Positions 1 to 12,630 of a stretch of 64,000 bases of DNA are shown in pieces (the first letter of the stretch is position 1; each line of letters begins with the position of its first letter). This DNA is from Eledone cirrhosa (Eukaryota). The notes under the pieces were generated by a model. The model was not told the origin of the DNA, did no database searches, and was given only the letters and a program-made list of their open reading frames with translations. A program made the translations under genes and the position numbers. The stretch spans positions 122,450,001 to 122,514,000 of the forward strand of contig OZ024745.1 of assembly GCA_964016885.1 (NCBI GenBank), given 5' to 3'.

Positions 1-96
1 ATTTGTATTTGGATAAATGGTGCTAAATTGAAGCCATTCAACGTGTGAGTCAGACTTTGTCACCCCCCTCCTGTTCATTATGTTCATACGCCGCGG

Positions 97-358
97 AGGT
101 TGATAAAATAAAGTACCAGTAATACACTGGGGTTGACTTCATCAGCTTTCCCCTCCCCTAAAATTGCTGGCCTTGTGCCTAAATCAGAAACCGTCATTAT
201 TATTATTATTATTTCAAATCCTGCTGAGGTTAGCTTTGGCTTTCATCCTTACAGGGTTGATAAAATAAAGTACCAGTCACACACTGGGGTTGATTTCGAC
301 TTTCCCTTTCCTTGCAAGTTGCTAGCCTTGTGCTGAAAGTAGAGACAATTATTATTAG
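97..358 (+). mobile_element. Two tandem 5'-truncated SINE family A-related copies
   Basis: gataaaataaagtaccag core and gctggccttgtgc..(att)n tail, twice. Confidence 0.75.
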
Positions 359-432
359 TAGTTGTAGTTTATTTTCTGATTTTAAGTTTTTTTACATCTG
401 AAATAAGGAAAAGAACAACATTTTAATTGCAG

Positions 433-528
433 GAAGAGTTGATGCGAGAACGTGAAGAATTTGAACTGGAGAAAAAAAAGAATTCGGAAAATCTGGAAAA
501 TGATAGCTTGCAGCTTCAAAAAGAAAAG
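433..528 (+). CDS. ARHGEF18: Penultimate coding exon (coiled-coil) of ARHGEF18/p114RhoGEF/Cysts-like RhoGEF
   Basis: ttgcag acceptor at 431-432 and gtgaga donor at 529. 96 nt, phase 0-0, EELMREREEFELEKKKNSENLENDSLQLQKEK. Joins in frame to exon 2077. Confidence 0.7.
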
Positions 529-1470
529 GTGAGAAAAAAAATGTTAAATGTTTGTTATTGTTCAACAAAGTTCAACAAAGTCTTAGATAGTTATGGGCGA
601 AAACTCTTGCTGGTGGGTTTCTTCTCTGATGACCTTCTGCTGTCCAGCTCTCCTGAGAGTTTCTTACTACCACTGTATCCACAATCTGGAGACAATAGAC
701 AGCTTGGTTGGTGTGATGATAAGGTTCAGTTACTTTAGTGATGTAACTATTGTTAGAGATGGAAGTAATAACTTATGGGGTTCCATTTGAAAGCATTGAA
801 AGGACTTTATGGGATATTTATTTCTCTTGGTCACAGGTGTTCCTATATATGTAAAGGATGCATTAGATCATCGTATTTGTTTCAGTTTTCTCCACTCAGA
901 ATTCCAATCCCACTGAGGGCAGCTTTACGTTCATCCATTGTATGTATGTATGTATGTATGTATGGACTAGTAACTCTTGGTGGAGGCGTATTGATAGACA
1001 GCATTTCTTGGACGTTTTAAACCTTGCATATCCTATCTCTCTCTAGGTCTGAACACAGCTGATTTCTTCCAGAGAAATACAGAGAGGGTGAGAAAGAGAT
1101 ATACAGAAAGAATTGATACCAGTACTTGACTGGTGCATTTTTGTATTGTCCTCAAAAGAAATTTCGTCCTTTCTGGATCAATAAGTGTAGTGCCAGAGTA
1201 TAGCAGTAGACTAATGAAGTTGTAAGAGTTCTAAACATGATGCTTGTGATGGCTTTTTCTGTCCTTTGCAGTCTAAGTTTACCTGTGATATCACTGGTGT
1301 CAAACTGTATTGGGCATGGCCTTTTGCTTGCACATAAGTGGTGTGGAGACATGTATGTATGGGCAACTGCTGGTCTTCCACAAAACCCCTGCCTTGGTCT
1401 GCACAGGTGTAGATCCATGGTTTCACATGACATACAGAGGCTCCAGCAGAAAAAACATCACTCTATTAAT

Positions 1471-1756
1471 CTATTAAGGTAGGCTATAGGTATAAATAGT
1501 ACTGGTCAGTCTATTAAGGAAGGCTATAGGTATAAATAGTACTAGTCAGTCTATTAAGGTAGGCTATAGGTATAAATAGTACTAGTCAGTCTATTAAGGA
1601 AGGCTATAGGTATAAATACTATTGGTCAGTCTATTAAGGAAGGCTATAGGTATAAATAGTACTGGTCAGTCTGTAGGTATGCTATAGGTATAAATAGTAC
1701 TGGTCAGTCTGTAGGAAGGCTATAGGTATAAATGGCACAGGTCAGTCTGTTAAGGA
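1471..1756. repeat. 40-bp minisatellite, ~7 copies, intronic
   Basis: ctattaagg(t/a)aggctataggtataaatagtactggtcagt at 1471, 1511, 1551, 1591, 1631, then 38-bp variants. Confidence 0.95.
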
Positions 1757-2076
1757 GAGATAATTATATTTGTCTGGTTATATAATATAAATTACTTAAG
1801 ATAATTTATTACAATTTAAGTTTTTTTTTCATTTTTAATTTTAGTCTATTATTTTATCATCATCATCATCATCATCATTGTCATCAGCAGCATTTCCTTG
1901 TTGCCATTATCATTACCATATTTGATTGTTTTACTTTTTGCAACAATGGATAAAATAGTCTAGAGTGTTAGAGCTTCTGTTTATTTGAATATTAGGAAAT
2001 GTTCTGCAAATATGTATTAATTTAACTTGAACGTATAAATCTGATTGGATTTTTTCCTGTATTTGTTCTCCTCTAG

Positions 2077-2697
2077 GATGATCTGAAGACACAGCAAGAG
2101 GAATTACTTCGCGGACAAAAGGCCCTACAAAAACAAATTGATTTGTTTATGGAACGTCGAGGTGATAACGAAGGAAGGCGACAGTTGGATAGATCAGAAT
2201 CTTCTTCTGAGCAACCAGGAATTGATGGTGATAATTCCCGTAGTTCAATACAACACAAACGTTCAGCTTCAGCGGAACTTGCATCTCAGCCTTCTGAGGA
2301 TTATATGACAAATAAAGATGTAAAGTCAGTTCCTAAGGGCTCTGTTGGTAACCCGTTGAACTCTTCTCTCAATAAACTATATGCTAGCCACTTATTTAGT
2401 GCAACAAACGAGCAGCGAAGTGGAGAGAAGTTGCAACAGTTCCTTCCTTTAAAGCTTTCTGATAGCCAATTTTCATCATTAACAACCTCTAAAGGTGCCT
2501 CACAATCACAGCACCGCACAGTACTTGGTCGATCAGCATCGAGCTCATCTTTTAGTACAGGGAAAGAGGCCAGTAGTTTGAGTCAGGTCATGAAACTCGC
2601 AGAGCCTCCTCGATCAGGTCACAAAGGACCTATTGCTCATCCACCACCAAGTCAACCAAAGACTGAACCAACAGAACAAGATGTCATTTATTTTTGA
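2077..2697 (+). CDS. ARHGEF18: Terminal coding exon of ARHGEF18/p114RhoGEF/Cysts-like RhoGEF
   Basis: Polypyrimidine ctctag acceptor. Open frame DDLKTQQEELL..HKRSASAEL..QQFLPLKLS..EQDVIYF*. The QQxxPxKL motif and acidic VIYF PDZ-type C-terminus resemble ARHGEF18 (EDVIFF) and Cysts. The DH-PH domain is not in the window, so the family call is by motif only. Confidence 0.7.
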   Translation, partial: DDLKTQQEELLRGQKALQKQIDLFMERRGDNEGRRQLDRSESSSEQPGIDGDNSRSSIQHKRSASAELASQPSEDYMTNKDVKSVPKGSVGNPLNSSLNKLYASHLFSATNEQRSGEKLQQFLPLKLSDSQFSSLTTSKGASQSQHRTVLGRSASSSSFSTGKEASSLSQVMKLAEPPRSGHKGPIAHPPPSQPKTEPTEQDVIYF

Positions 2698-2721
2698 TAT
2701 CATTTAGGGTTAGTCATCTTT

Positions 2722-2766
<45 letters not shown>

Positions 2767-4138
2767 ATATATATATATATATTTCTCTTCTAATTCTTTC
2801 AGCTTTAGTTTATATTTTATATAATCAACCTGTTTACTCACCATACATCAATAACTTCATACTTACTCCCCCCCCCCCCACACACACAGAGCAGAGAGGG
2901 CTTTTTAGCTGTGACAATAACCAACAACCTTTCTAGTGTTGGTGCCATGAAAATACACCAGGTACACTTTGTAAGGTGGTTGGCGACAGGAAGGCACCTC
3001 GCTATAGAAATCATGCCAAAGGGGTTGTGTCAAAATGCAACAACGTCTTTTGTGTTGGTGATCTATACAATAAACGCACCCAATACACACTGTAAAGTGG
3101 TTGGTGATAGAAAGGGCATCCAACCATAGCAAATTTGCCAAACAAAGGATTGTGTGGACCTTTCAGTTGTGTCAAAGACGGGACAACCTCCCTAGTGCTG
3201 GTACCACAATAATATGTATTCAGTAGAGTGTGGGAGTGTATCTAAGCGTGAAGCAGACCCTATCTATGAGGTCAGTAACTCTGATTCAGTACTAGGTAAG
3301 CAGGCATTAGATGATGATGATGATTCATCATATTTACTCTTTAACTGGTTTCTGTTATTAAACTGTGACCATGCTGGAGCACTATCTTGAAGTCAATCAT
3401 ATCAACCCCAATACCTAAGTCGATTCTATTTGTCAGTAAATGTAAACAAGGACATATACACACATGTGACAGACTTTGATTCTCCCAAATTTCACTCATT
3501 TCATTGGTTAGCCTCAGGCTACAAAGCAAACTCCTTAATCACAAAGCAATGCCTGCCTCTGTCAACATTTTCTTTTTTATGAAATTATCTATTTTGTACT
3601 TTTAAGAAATTGTTTTATTACTGAGTTCAAAATGTTTATCTCAGTTGTCTCGAGTCAAACTTATGTCAAATTACAATTTGCATTCACTTGTCTTAAGATA
3701 TAGCATCCCATCTTCATTTTTTAATAACCCATTTAACTGTTTGATTTCAAACTGCCTGAAATTGCCTCTAATAATGAGAAAGTTAGTTATATTTAAGAAT
3801 TCACTCAAATTATTGATTATTTTCAAAATGATTTGAAAATTATCAATAGTGTCTTTTATTTGAAATATGGTGACAAATTGGTTAAATTTAAGGCTGACAT
3901 GGGGCTAAACAGCAACAACAGTACCAATAACAACTAGTAAATATTCAGCATTGGCAAGGTAATAAATAAGGATGTAAAGCCAGTTCCTAAGAACTCTGTT
4001 GGTAACCTGCTTAACACTTCTCTCAGTATGTTAGCCACTTATTTAGATAAAATGGCTTGTAATTGTATATACAAACTTGTATGTTTGCTAAAGGAAGAAG
4101 TGGAGAGATGATGTTAAGGAAATGTTACATAACATAAT

Positions 4139-4440
4139 GGAAATTGTGGTGTATGTTAGATGACATCATAGAAACTGTGGTGTATGTTAGATGACATCAT
4201 AGAAACTGTGGTGTATGTTAGATGACATCAGAGAAACTGGTGTATGTTAGATGACATCAGAGAAACTGTGGTGTATGTTACATGACATCATAGAAACTGT
4301 GGTGTATGTTATGACATCATGGAAACTGGTGTATGTTACATGACATCATAGAAACTGTGGTGTATGTTATGACATCATGGAAACTGTGGTGTATGTTACA
4401 TGACATCATAGAAACTGGTGTATGTTATGACATGACAGAA
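4139..4440. repeat. 29-31-bp minisatellite, ~10 copies
   Basis: agaaactgtggtgtatgttagatgacatcat units. Confidence 0.95.
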
Positions 4441-4551
4441 CAGGCCTTTCAACTTGCCACAGAATGACAGCTCTTTTTTTCTTTTTTTTTTTATTCCAGT
4501 TTACTTTCCAAGTTTATGAGTGTAAAAATAATAATTTTTAAAAATATAACT

Positions 4552-4985
4552 TACCATATATACTTAAATATAAGCCAACCCCCTATTTTATGACTGAGAA
4601 ATGGACAAAAATCCCAACCCCATTTATAAGCTGAAGTAGGTAATCAACATGTTACATTTAGATGGTATGGTTTTGAAATACTCACGAGTGGAGAATATAT
4701 TTATGAAGCTTTAATATTTTAATATTTAAAATGTTTTAAGTGTCATGAGTATATAGTTTTTGTTTCAAAATTCTACTATGGAATGATTTTGTACTAATTT
4801 CCAACCGTTTTGACGGCCATATTCATTCAAAATATCAAGAAATATGAATTTCATGTCAAAAGTTGAACCGGTGTAATAGCACTTCATTAAAGATTGTGAA
4901 GTTGCTGAAAATTGGCAAAATATTGACCATTTTACCATAATTTATTTTCACATATTTCTCAACTTATATGCAAGTATATATAGTA
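4552..4985. mobile_element. Tc1/mariner-type MITE (related piece 48265-48445)
   Basis: taccatatatacttaaatataagcc ... aacttatatgcaagtatatatagta TIRs. Confidence 0.65.
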
Positions 4986-5116
4986 ATATTACAAATATAT
5001 GACTAAAAACTACACTAGTAGAGAAAGAACATTATAAAATTTCAATTATTGCTATTTTATATTTGTTTTTTATTCAAGCAAAATACAAAAGTAACTTTTT
5101 ATTCATATTGAGCACG

Positions 5117-5255
5117 AACATGGCTGTGTGGTTAAGAAGTTTGCTTCACAACCACATGGTTTCAGGTTTGATTCCACTGTACAGCACCTTGTACTATAGT
5201 TTTGGGTTGACTATTGGTTGATGGAAATTGTGAGGAGACCCGTCATACATATATA
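5117..5255 (+). mobile_element. SINE family B head (other copies ~11848-11985 +, ~31610-31770 -, ~61325-61480 -)
   Basis: catggctgtgtggttaagaagtttgcttc..ggtttgattccact..gcaccttg..ggaaattgtgaggagacccgtc, then (TA)n. Confidence 0.7.
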
Positions 5256-7852
5256 ATTATATTGGCGGAATCCACTATTTTTGGTAAGGTGTGTAAAGGT
5301 CAATGAATACTTAAGGTCGAGAGTAAACAGGAATCTAAGTCTAATGAAAGGTGTACTCTGAGGGTGAAGATACTTGCAGTTGAAGACAGTGAGAGTCGCA
5401 GAGCATAAATATTTAATACAGAATGAAACCAAGGTTAATTTAAATCCATCTTTAATCTCAACAATTGTTTCTGTAGAGATAAGAGACATGCCAATACATG
5501 TAAACAATGAATCAATTAGTTATAATTAATAATTTACATAGTGTTAAGACTCTGAAAGCATATCTTCAAGAATGTTAGAAGAGGAGATGAATTTATCCCA
5601 TCAACTAGAATACAAGGAAACAATAAACAATAGTATATATCATTAGCTTATAAGTGGCAAATAAAGTAAAAAAGGTTTGTTATGCCTGTGATGTACATAG
5701 TCATGTAATAATCTTTTTGAACAAGTATATGTAAGTATAGCAATAGTCATGTTGTTAAAGAGAGAAATAGATTATCAAAAATTAACAGTATTCTGGGGTG
5801 TAAAAGTTGTTTAACAATTGTTGAGATTAAAGATGGGTTTAAATTAACTTTGGTTTCATTCTCTATTAAATAGATGTGTGTGTTTCTGTGTCTTTGCATC
5901 CTTGTATTGATACCATTTAAAAACAAGCAGTGGCATTTGTTTTTATCTCTCGAAAAGTCTTGTCCAACTCTTGCCAGCATGGAAAAGCAGATGTGATGAT
6001 GATGATGACTTGTATTTATTTAGTTGAATAATAATGATAGTTTCTGATTTAGGTGTAAGACCAACAATGTCACTGGTGCTTTATTTTATCCCGTAAGGGT
6101 GAAAGAAAGCACCCAGTACATACAGTAACGTGGTTGGTGTAGGACGGACATCCAACTGTAGAAAGCCAACCCCCCCCCCCCCCCAATAAAACGTATGAGC
6201 AAGATGTGGTCATCTCACCTGACTAACCACATAACAAGCATGAAAAATTAATGATTAGAAGATTTATTTGCTCCCATTCTTCCCTCTTTGTTTTACATTT
6301 GTGTTCCATGAATTCCAAATGAAAATTTTAAAAAGCTTTTGACAGATCGTAGAGGACAGACGGACTTAAAGATTGTATAATTATTATAATATATAGGTTT
6401 TTTATGTGTTTTTTTTTGTTTTTTAACAATAAATCTAATGATTTTTTTTTTCCTGATTTTGTCTGTTTAAGTTTGTTTCTGCTGTATTTTGCTGATCCAA
6501 ATTCTTTACTGAATGGTTTCACCAGCCAGTAGCACAGCAATATACCAATGTACTGGCCATCATGTGATGGATGCATTACATGAACACCACTGGAGGGACA
6601 GAGACATCTTACTTTGCAAATTGGTTGGACTTTTTATAGAGAAACTCTAGTTGAACACTAGGGATTAGAAACAATCATTGGAGCCCAGTAGCAATATGAT
6701 TTTTGATGAATTCACATGTGATATGTTCTGAAAAATTACAAATAATGAAATGGAAACCAAAAGGAAATTGTGAATTTCGAGGCAATATGCCATTCAATCA
6801 ATGACTTTCAGAGCTTTTACAAAAAAAAACAAAAAACAAAAAAAAATCAAAGAAAAAAAAAACAGCAAAAAAATTCTGAATTGAATTGAAAAAAACGAAC
6901 AATTGCACTGAAAGTGTGTATGTTTTACTATATGAGGGTACGTCAAAATATGGTTACCTAATAATAAATGGAGAAGATAAGGCACAATGTAGGGCAATAG
7001 ATTTAGCAGGGAGTAGGAGTGTGCTAACCAAAATGCCTAACTGTGTTTATTTACTTTAATCTAATCCCTGAAAATCTTGTTTGGTTTTCATTTCTCTGAG
7101 AATGACCTGAGTATTATGGTGAAACCGATTCACTTGACCATACTTCTCCCCTTGCAAAATGTTGGCCTTGTGTCTAGTCAGTTGAATTTTTTTTTTTTTT
7201 TTTTAGACCTTGCATATAAAAAGCAAGTTTTAGACTAGCAGTATAGTGAAAGATCCTTTCTGGTGAATTGTCTGAGTGCAAGAAAGCTACTAACTGACTG
7301 TAGCATTCTGTGATTGTGTTAGTTATGAATATCTCAACATTTTAATAATGATCAGATAACAACAATAATGATCGTTATTATAACACCAGTAACATCCATA
7401 AATTCAGTTTTTAAGATTTTAAACTTGGGGGGAAAAAAAGTTTTCTAAGATATATTTTCTTTTAGATTTTATAATTTTTTCTTAATGAAATTTCAAGCAG
7501 GTAGTTTTATTTTTTTCTGTTCATACTTTGAACTTTAGTTACCTATTTGTTTATGTACATTCTTTTGAAATGAAATCCTTTTTCTTTTTAATGTGGTCAT
7601 TAGATTATACACTGTTTCATTTGACTTACTTTATATAAATGCTGATTTGGGCTTTGGCAGATTCTTTTTAAAATGTATTTTTTAACTTGAAAATCTTTAG
7701 TGGCAGTCCTTTATTTTTATATATTTTTTAAAAAACTTTATATTGTTCCTAATATACACTCATGCTCCATATGTGTATTTTAACAACAAAACATTATGCA
7801 TAATAAATTACATATGCATTAATTGTACTTCATCAGTAGGTGTATATATTAA

Positions 7853-7958
7853 CCTTTAACATGCTGTTGGCGACATAATGCACCATAGTTAGTCTCCCCT
7901 CAATACGTAATGTAGAGTAAAGGAAAAAAACTCATGAAAATTACTAGCATGCTAAAGG
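7853..7958. mobile_element. Small TTAA-flanked MITE
   Basis: TTAA-cctttaacatgct ... agcatgctaaagg-TTAA. Confidence 0.6.
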
Positions 7959-7973
7959 TTAATATTATTATTA

Positions 7974-8160
7974 TGGCAGTATCGGTAGAACGTCAGACAC
8001 CATGCTTTACAGCATAGAGTTATGGCCCTTTACGTTCTGAGTTCAAATTCCGCCGAGGTTAACTTTGCCTATCATCCTTACAGGGTCGATAAAATAAAGT
8101 ACCAGTAATGCACTGGGATAATTGCTGGCCTGGTGCCAAAAGTAGAAACAATTATTATTA
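7974..8160 (+). mobile_element. SINE family A (in inferred RhoGEF 3'UTR)
   Basis: Same head, core and tail as 57725-57909. Confidence 0.88.
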
Positions 8161-8827
8161 TTTCTGAGTAAGGTATTAAATAGAGGATAATCTTGTTTTT
8201 AAAAGATAGCTAATTTCTAAAGTTGTTTACATCTAATAAATTATACGTTGTTTAATCATTTTCGACATCTCGAATGGAATATTTGACTAAGAACCCATTA
8301 TTTTTCAAATTTCCCTGCACACAGACTGACAGATTGTTAACTGGTTGATTTGATAACTGAAGTTTAGAAATAGGTATTAGTTCTCTGCATTTAAAGATGT
8401 CCTCATTGAAGAAGCTTCCTCAGTGGGTTGTTTTGATTTTTTTTTTTTTTTTTTTTTTTTTGTATCTTGCCAACATTTCTATGGATTTGAAATATATCTT
8501 TCACCATGACATTTCACACACATATACAAATCCATAAGCCCTGAAAGGTTTCTGCACCTGTGTTAAGTTTAATAGCTGCAAAGTAATTTTAGTTGAGTAA
8601 CAATCTTATTCTAATTACAAGCATTTGTCAGCCATCTTGCACAACTTAAATATATTTTAAATATAATTGTATTATAATAGAAGTTGAGACTACAATAATG
8701 GTATCATAATAGAAATTAAAAGACTATCATATAAAAAAGGTACTCACTACATTTGTACATTTATTATATATGTTTCATTCGTATGAAATCATATGTATGT
8801 AACAGTTCTAGTTGTGTAGAAGTCATT

Positions 8828-8869
<42 letters not shown>

Positions 8870-9837
8870 GACACACACACACACTTTTTCTGTCAAATTT
8901 CATGTGTATATATCTATTAAGTTTATTATAAAAATATATATATATATATATACACATACACGAACAGACACACTAAAATTGCTCAGTGAATTACCTCATT
9001 CAGTTTTAACATTTTGTACCTTCCATTTTCTTCTTTTAAAGTAGACAATCTGCATTTTATGAAGGACCCTAAGAATTAAATTATGTAAAAAATTAATTTT
9101 TAGTGATTTCATAAAATTTGGTTTCTATATTTATGATTCTTATTTGCTTCTATTTTTTTTAAGGACAAATATAATTCTCTGCTCTTGGTGACATTCTGAA
9201 AGCACAGGTTTTATTGTGTTTTTACTCTCCATTATTTCAGGATAGCTTATTTAAATGTGTATATATATACATTGTAATAGAAACACACACACACAGATGC
9301 ATACACTTTATTCATTTTTTACATGATGGTAGACAAGCAAAGCTGTATATTTTGTACATATGTAAACTGGGATATAAAGGTATTCCCCTCATCCCATTTC
9401 CTTCCCAAGAGACAAAAAGTTGATGCAGTTTAATCATTACCAACCAGTTGGTGTGTGGGAAGAGAGACAGAGAAAGAGGGGGGAGATTGATTTCTTTATC
9501 CTAGTTACATCAGTCCCTGTTTCTTTGATAATATTTGTGTTATTTCGATCTCGGTTTCTTAAATTTAATGACTAAATATTTGGTTGTATTGATAAAAAAA
9601 ACTAAACAAACAGGAAAAAACAGTAATAAAATTAAAAAAATTATCGTATCTTCCCCACCACTAACCCAACATCTACTTGTTTTGGTTAAGAAAGTAATTT
9701 TTGAACAATTTTTTTTTAAGATTGAGAAAATAGTTTTTAAATTGAATCACTACATCGCAATCCATTTTTTCTTTTTACAAGAAATAATGGAATATTTTTT
9801 ATTAAATACTTTATATATATAAATATATATATATAAA

Positions 9838-9881
<44 letters not shown>

Positions 9882-10061
9882 AGAATACGTTGATACCTAA
9901 ATTGCATATATTTACATAAAAAAGTATGTATATATGTGAGATATTTATAACTGCACCAGTAGAATGTGATATTTCTACATGTGAATATACCTAAGGAAAA
10001 GGTAATGTATATTTATATATCTTCCCTTCAAAGCACAAGTGTGCTTATTGTACATAAAGGA

Positions 10062-10076
10062 AATAAAAATAATAAA
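10062..10076 (+). terminator. Probable polyadenylation signals of the RhoGEF gene (implies ~7.4 kb 3'UTR)
   Basis: Two AATAAA (10062, 10071) with upstream TGTA and a downstream T/GT-rich tract. UTR-like U-rich sequence ends here. Confidence 0.45.
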
Positions 10077-10417
10077 ACTTTGTCTTGAAACATATTTTGT
10101 ATTGTTTATTTATTAATTTTTTCCCCTTCTTCATCTTAAATTTTAGACTCTAAACATGATAATGAAGTTAAGAAGTTTGTGATTTTAGTTTTCAATCTTG
10201 AGTCATGGCACCTTCGACAAGTGTCTTCTAAAAGTGAGTGAATGTAGTTGGCAGAAACTGTGAAATCTCTCTCTCTCTCCCTATATATATATCATCATCA
10301 TCATCATCATCATCATCACCGTCACCGTTTTACGTCCATTCTTCCATGCTAGCATGGGTTAGATGGGATATATAATGTAATGTAAATGACAATCAAAGAG
10401 TGTTTAAAGCATTTAGT

Positions 10418-10464
10418 CACTTACAAGCGTTTTATCCTAGCACAAGGCTGGAATCATCAGAGTA
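10418..10464 (-). ncRNA. Decayed hammerhead motif between (TA)n tracts
   Basis: ACU-CUGAUGA-UUCCAGC(CUUGU)GCUAGGAU-AAAA-CGCUUG-UA-AGU. G12A change. Confidence 0.4.
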
Positions 10465-10924
10465 GATAACAAATGTAATATTTATTATTACCCACATTAT
10501 ATATATATATTTATATATAGCTATACTTTATATATAATCAATTCAATTCAATCTAGGGCCTCACTCCTAGATGATCACATGACTTTCACATGACTTCAGA
10601 AGTGAAACCATACTCACCATGTTTGGCCAGTGTATGGCTGTTGAGTTCAGATGTCATCTTTGAAGTTCTTGCTTTTTGTGCTGCTTATCCTCTGCACCAG
10701 ATCAGAATCTGGTAGGGAAGCTGGTTTAGTTACCAATCACTTGACAAAAGCCTGACGTGACACACGAATTAAAACATGAAAAAATGGATGTTAAACAGTG
10801 ATTCAGTGAATTGCTGGCAGTGACACCAAAACAACCACTCTATGTACAGGCAGAGTGTTATATTAGAAAAAAACGAGTAAATTTCATTTACATGTATTAG
10901 ATTTTTTATTGTGACTCTTCAGTT

Positions 10925-12227
10925 AGACAACATCCCTAGTGCTGGTACTGCAATAAATTCATTCAGTAGTGTGGGAGTGTATCTAAACGAGAAGCAGACT
11001 CTATCTATGAGGTCAGTAACTCTGATTCAGTACTAACTCGGTCTGTGAAGATCTATCCAATCTTTATTAGCTGGGTAAGCAGACATTAAATGATGATGAT
11101 GATTCATCTTATTTACTCTTTAACTGGTTTCTGTCATTAAACTGTGACCATGCTGGAGCACTATCTTGAAGTCAATCATATCAACCCCAATACCTAAGTC
11201 GATTCTATTTGTCAGTAAATGTAAACATGGACATATACACACATGCGACAGGCTTTGATATAATTTCCTCTCCCAAATTTCACTCATTTCATTGGTTAGC
11301 CTCAGGCTACAAAGCAAACTCCTTAATCACAAAGCAATGCCTGCCTCTGTCAACATTTTCTTTTTTATGAAATTACCTATTTTGTATTTTTAAGAAATTG
11401 TTTTATTACTGAGTTCAAAATGTTTGTCTCGAGTCAAACTTATGTCAAATTACAATTTGCATTCACTTGCCTTAAGATTTAGCATACCAATTTCATTTTT
11501 TAATAACCCATTTAACCCTTTGATTTCAAACTGCCTGATTCTCCAATACTAAGCTGGGCTAGTTAGGAGGGTAAGTGGAACCACAGCAGCACAAAAAACA
11601 AGGGCTTTAGTAGCAGCTCATTCAGAATTTTGAAGTTGCTGAAAATTGGCAAAATATTGACCATTTTACTATAATCTTTTTTCACATATTTCTCGGCTTA
11701 TATGCAAGTATATATAGTAATATTACAAATATGACTAAAAACTACACTAGTAGAGAAAGAACATTATAAAATTTCAATTATTGCTATTTTATATTTGTTT
11801 TTTATTCAAGCAAAATACAAAAGTAACTTTTTATTCCTATTGAGCACGAACATGGCTGTGTGGTTAAGAAGTTTGCTTCACAACCACATGGTTTCAAGTT
11901 TGATTCCACTGTACAGCACCTTGTACTATAGTTTTGGGTTGACTATTGGTTGATGGAAATTGTGAGGAGACCCGTCATACATATATAATTATATTGGCGG
12001 AATCCACTATTTTTGGTAAGGTGTGTAAAGGTCAATGAATACTTAAGGTCGAGAGTAAACAGGAATCTAAGTCTAATGAAAGGTGTACTCTGGGGGTGAA
12101 GATACTTGCAGTTGAAGACAGTGAGAGTCGCAGAGCACTAATATTTAATACAGAATGAAACCAAGGTTAATTTAAATCCATCTTTCATCTCAACAATTGC
12201 TATAGAGATAAGAGGCATGCCAATACA
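10925..12227 (+). repeat. Local segmental duplication of RhoGEF 3'UTR blocks (~3182-3760 and ~4897-5495)
   Basis: Near-identical sequence. The same spurious ORF appears at 3341-3529 and 11120-11317. Confidence 0.92.
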
Positions 12228-12231
12228 ATGG

Positions 12232-12375
12232 ACCCTAACCTGCTATACTAACCCTAACTTTCTATACTAACCCACTATCCTAAACCTAATCTTAACCCTA
12301 ACTAACTATCCTAACAGTAAGCCTAACCAGCTACCCTAAACCTATCCCTAACCAGCTATTCTAACACTAACTATA
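12232..12375. repeat. Degenerate (CCCTAA)n-like tract
   Basis: ccctaacc/ctaaccc/cctaaac variants. Confidence 0.7.
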
Positions 12376-12425
12376 CAGAAATTTAAACATTATTTAACTT
12401 CACAATTCAATGATTTTCCTGCATC

Positions 12426-12630
12426 TACGATGGTCGCCTGAAACTTTCATAGACTGACTATGCAGGAATGATGCTAGAGCTGTGAAATCTTGCATGCCTT
12501 AATTTCACCTCTTCTTCTTAATAACTGCTTTGTTTTTTTTCAGGGATTATGTATGTTGATAAATAAACTTTATTAGGTCTTTCCATGAGAGTATCTTGGT
12601 CAGCCAAGAACTTTTCAGTCGACCATTGTA
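12426..12630. mobile_element. Mariner-like MITE
   Basis: tacgatggtcgcctgaaactttc ... aacttttcagtcgaccattgta, homologous to 60126-60326. Confidence 0.7.

Noticed and set aside
529-738. Extension of ORF 427-738 past 528
   Set aside because: Read-through beyond the splice donor into intron and probable decayed TE sequence.
7825-7840. Isolated CTGATGA heptamers (also ~626, ~35881, ~36749, ~47504)
   Set aside because: No stem II/GAAA/stem I context.
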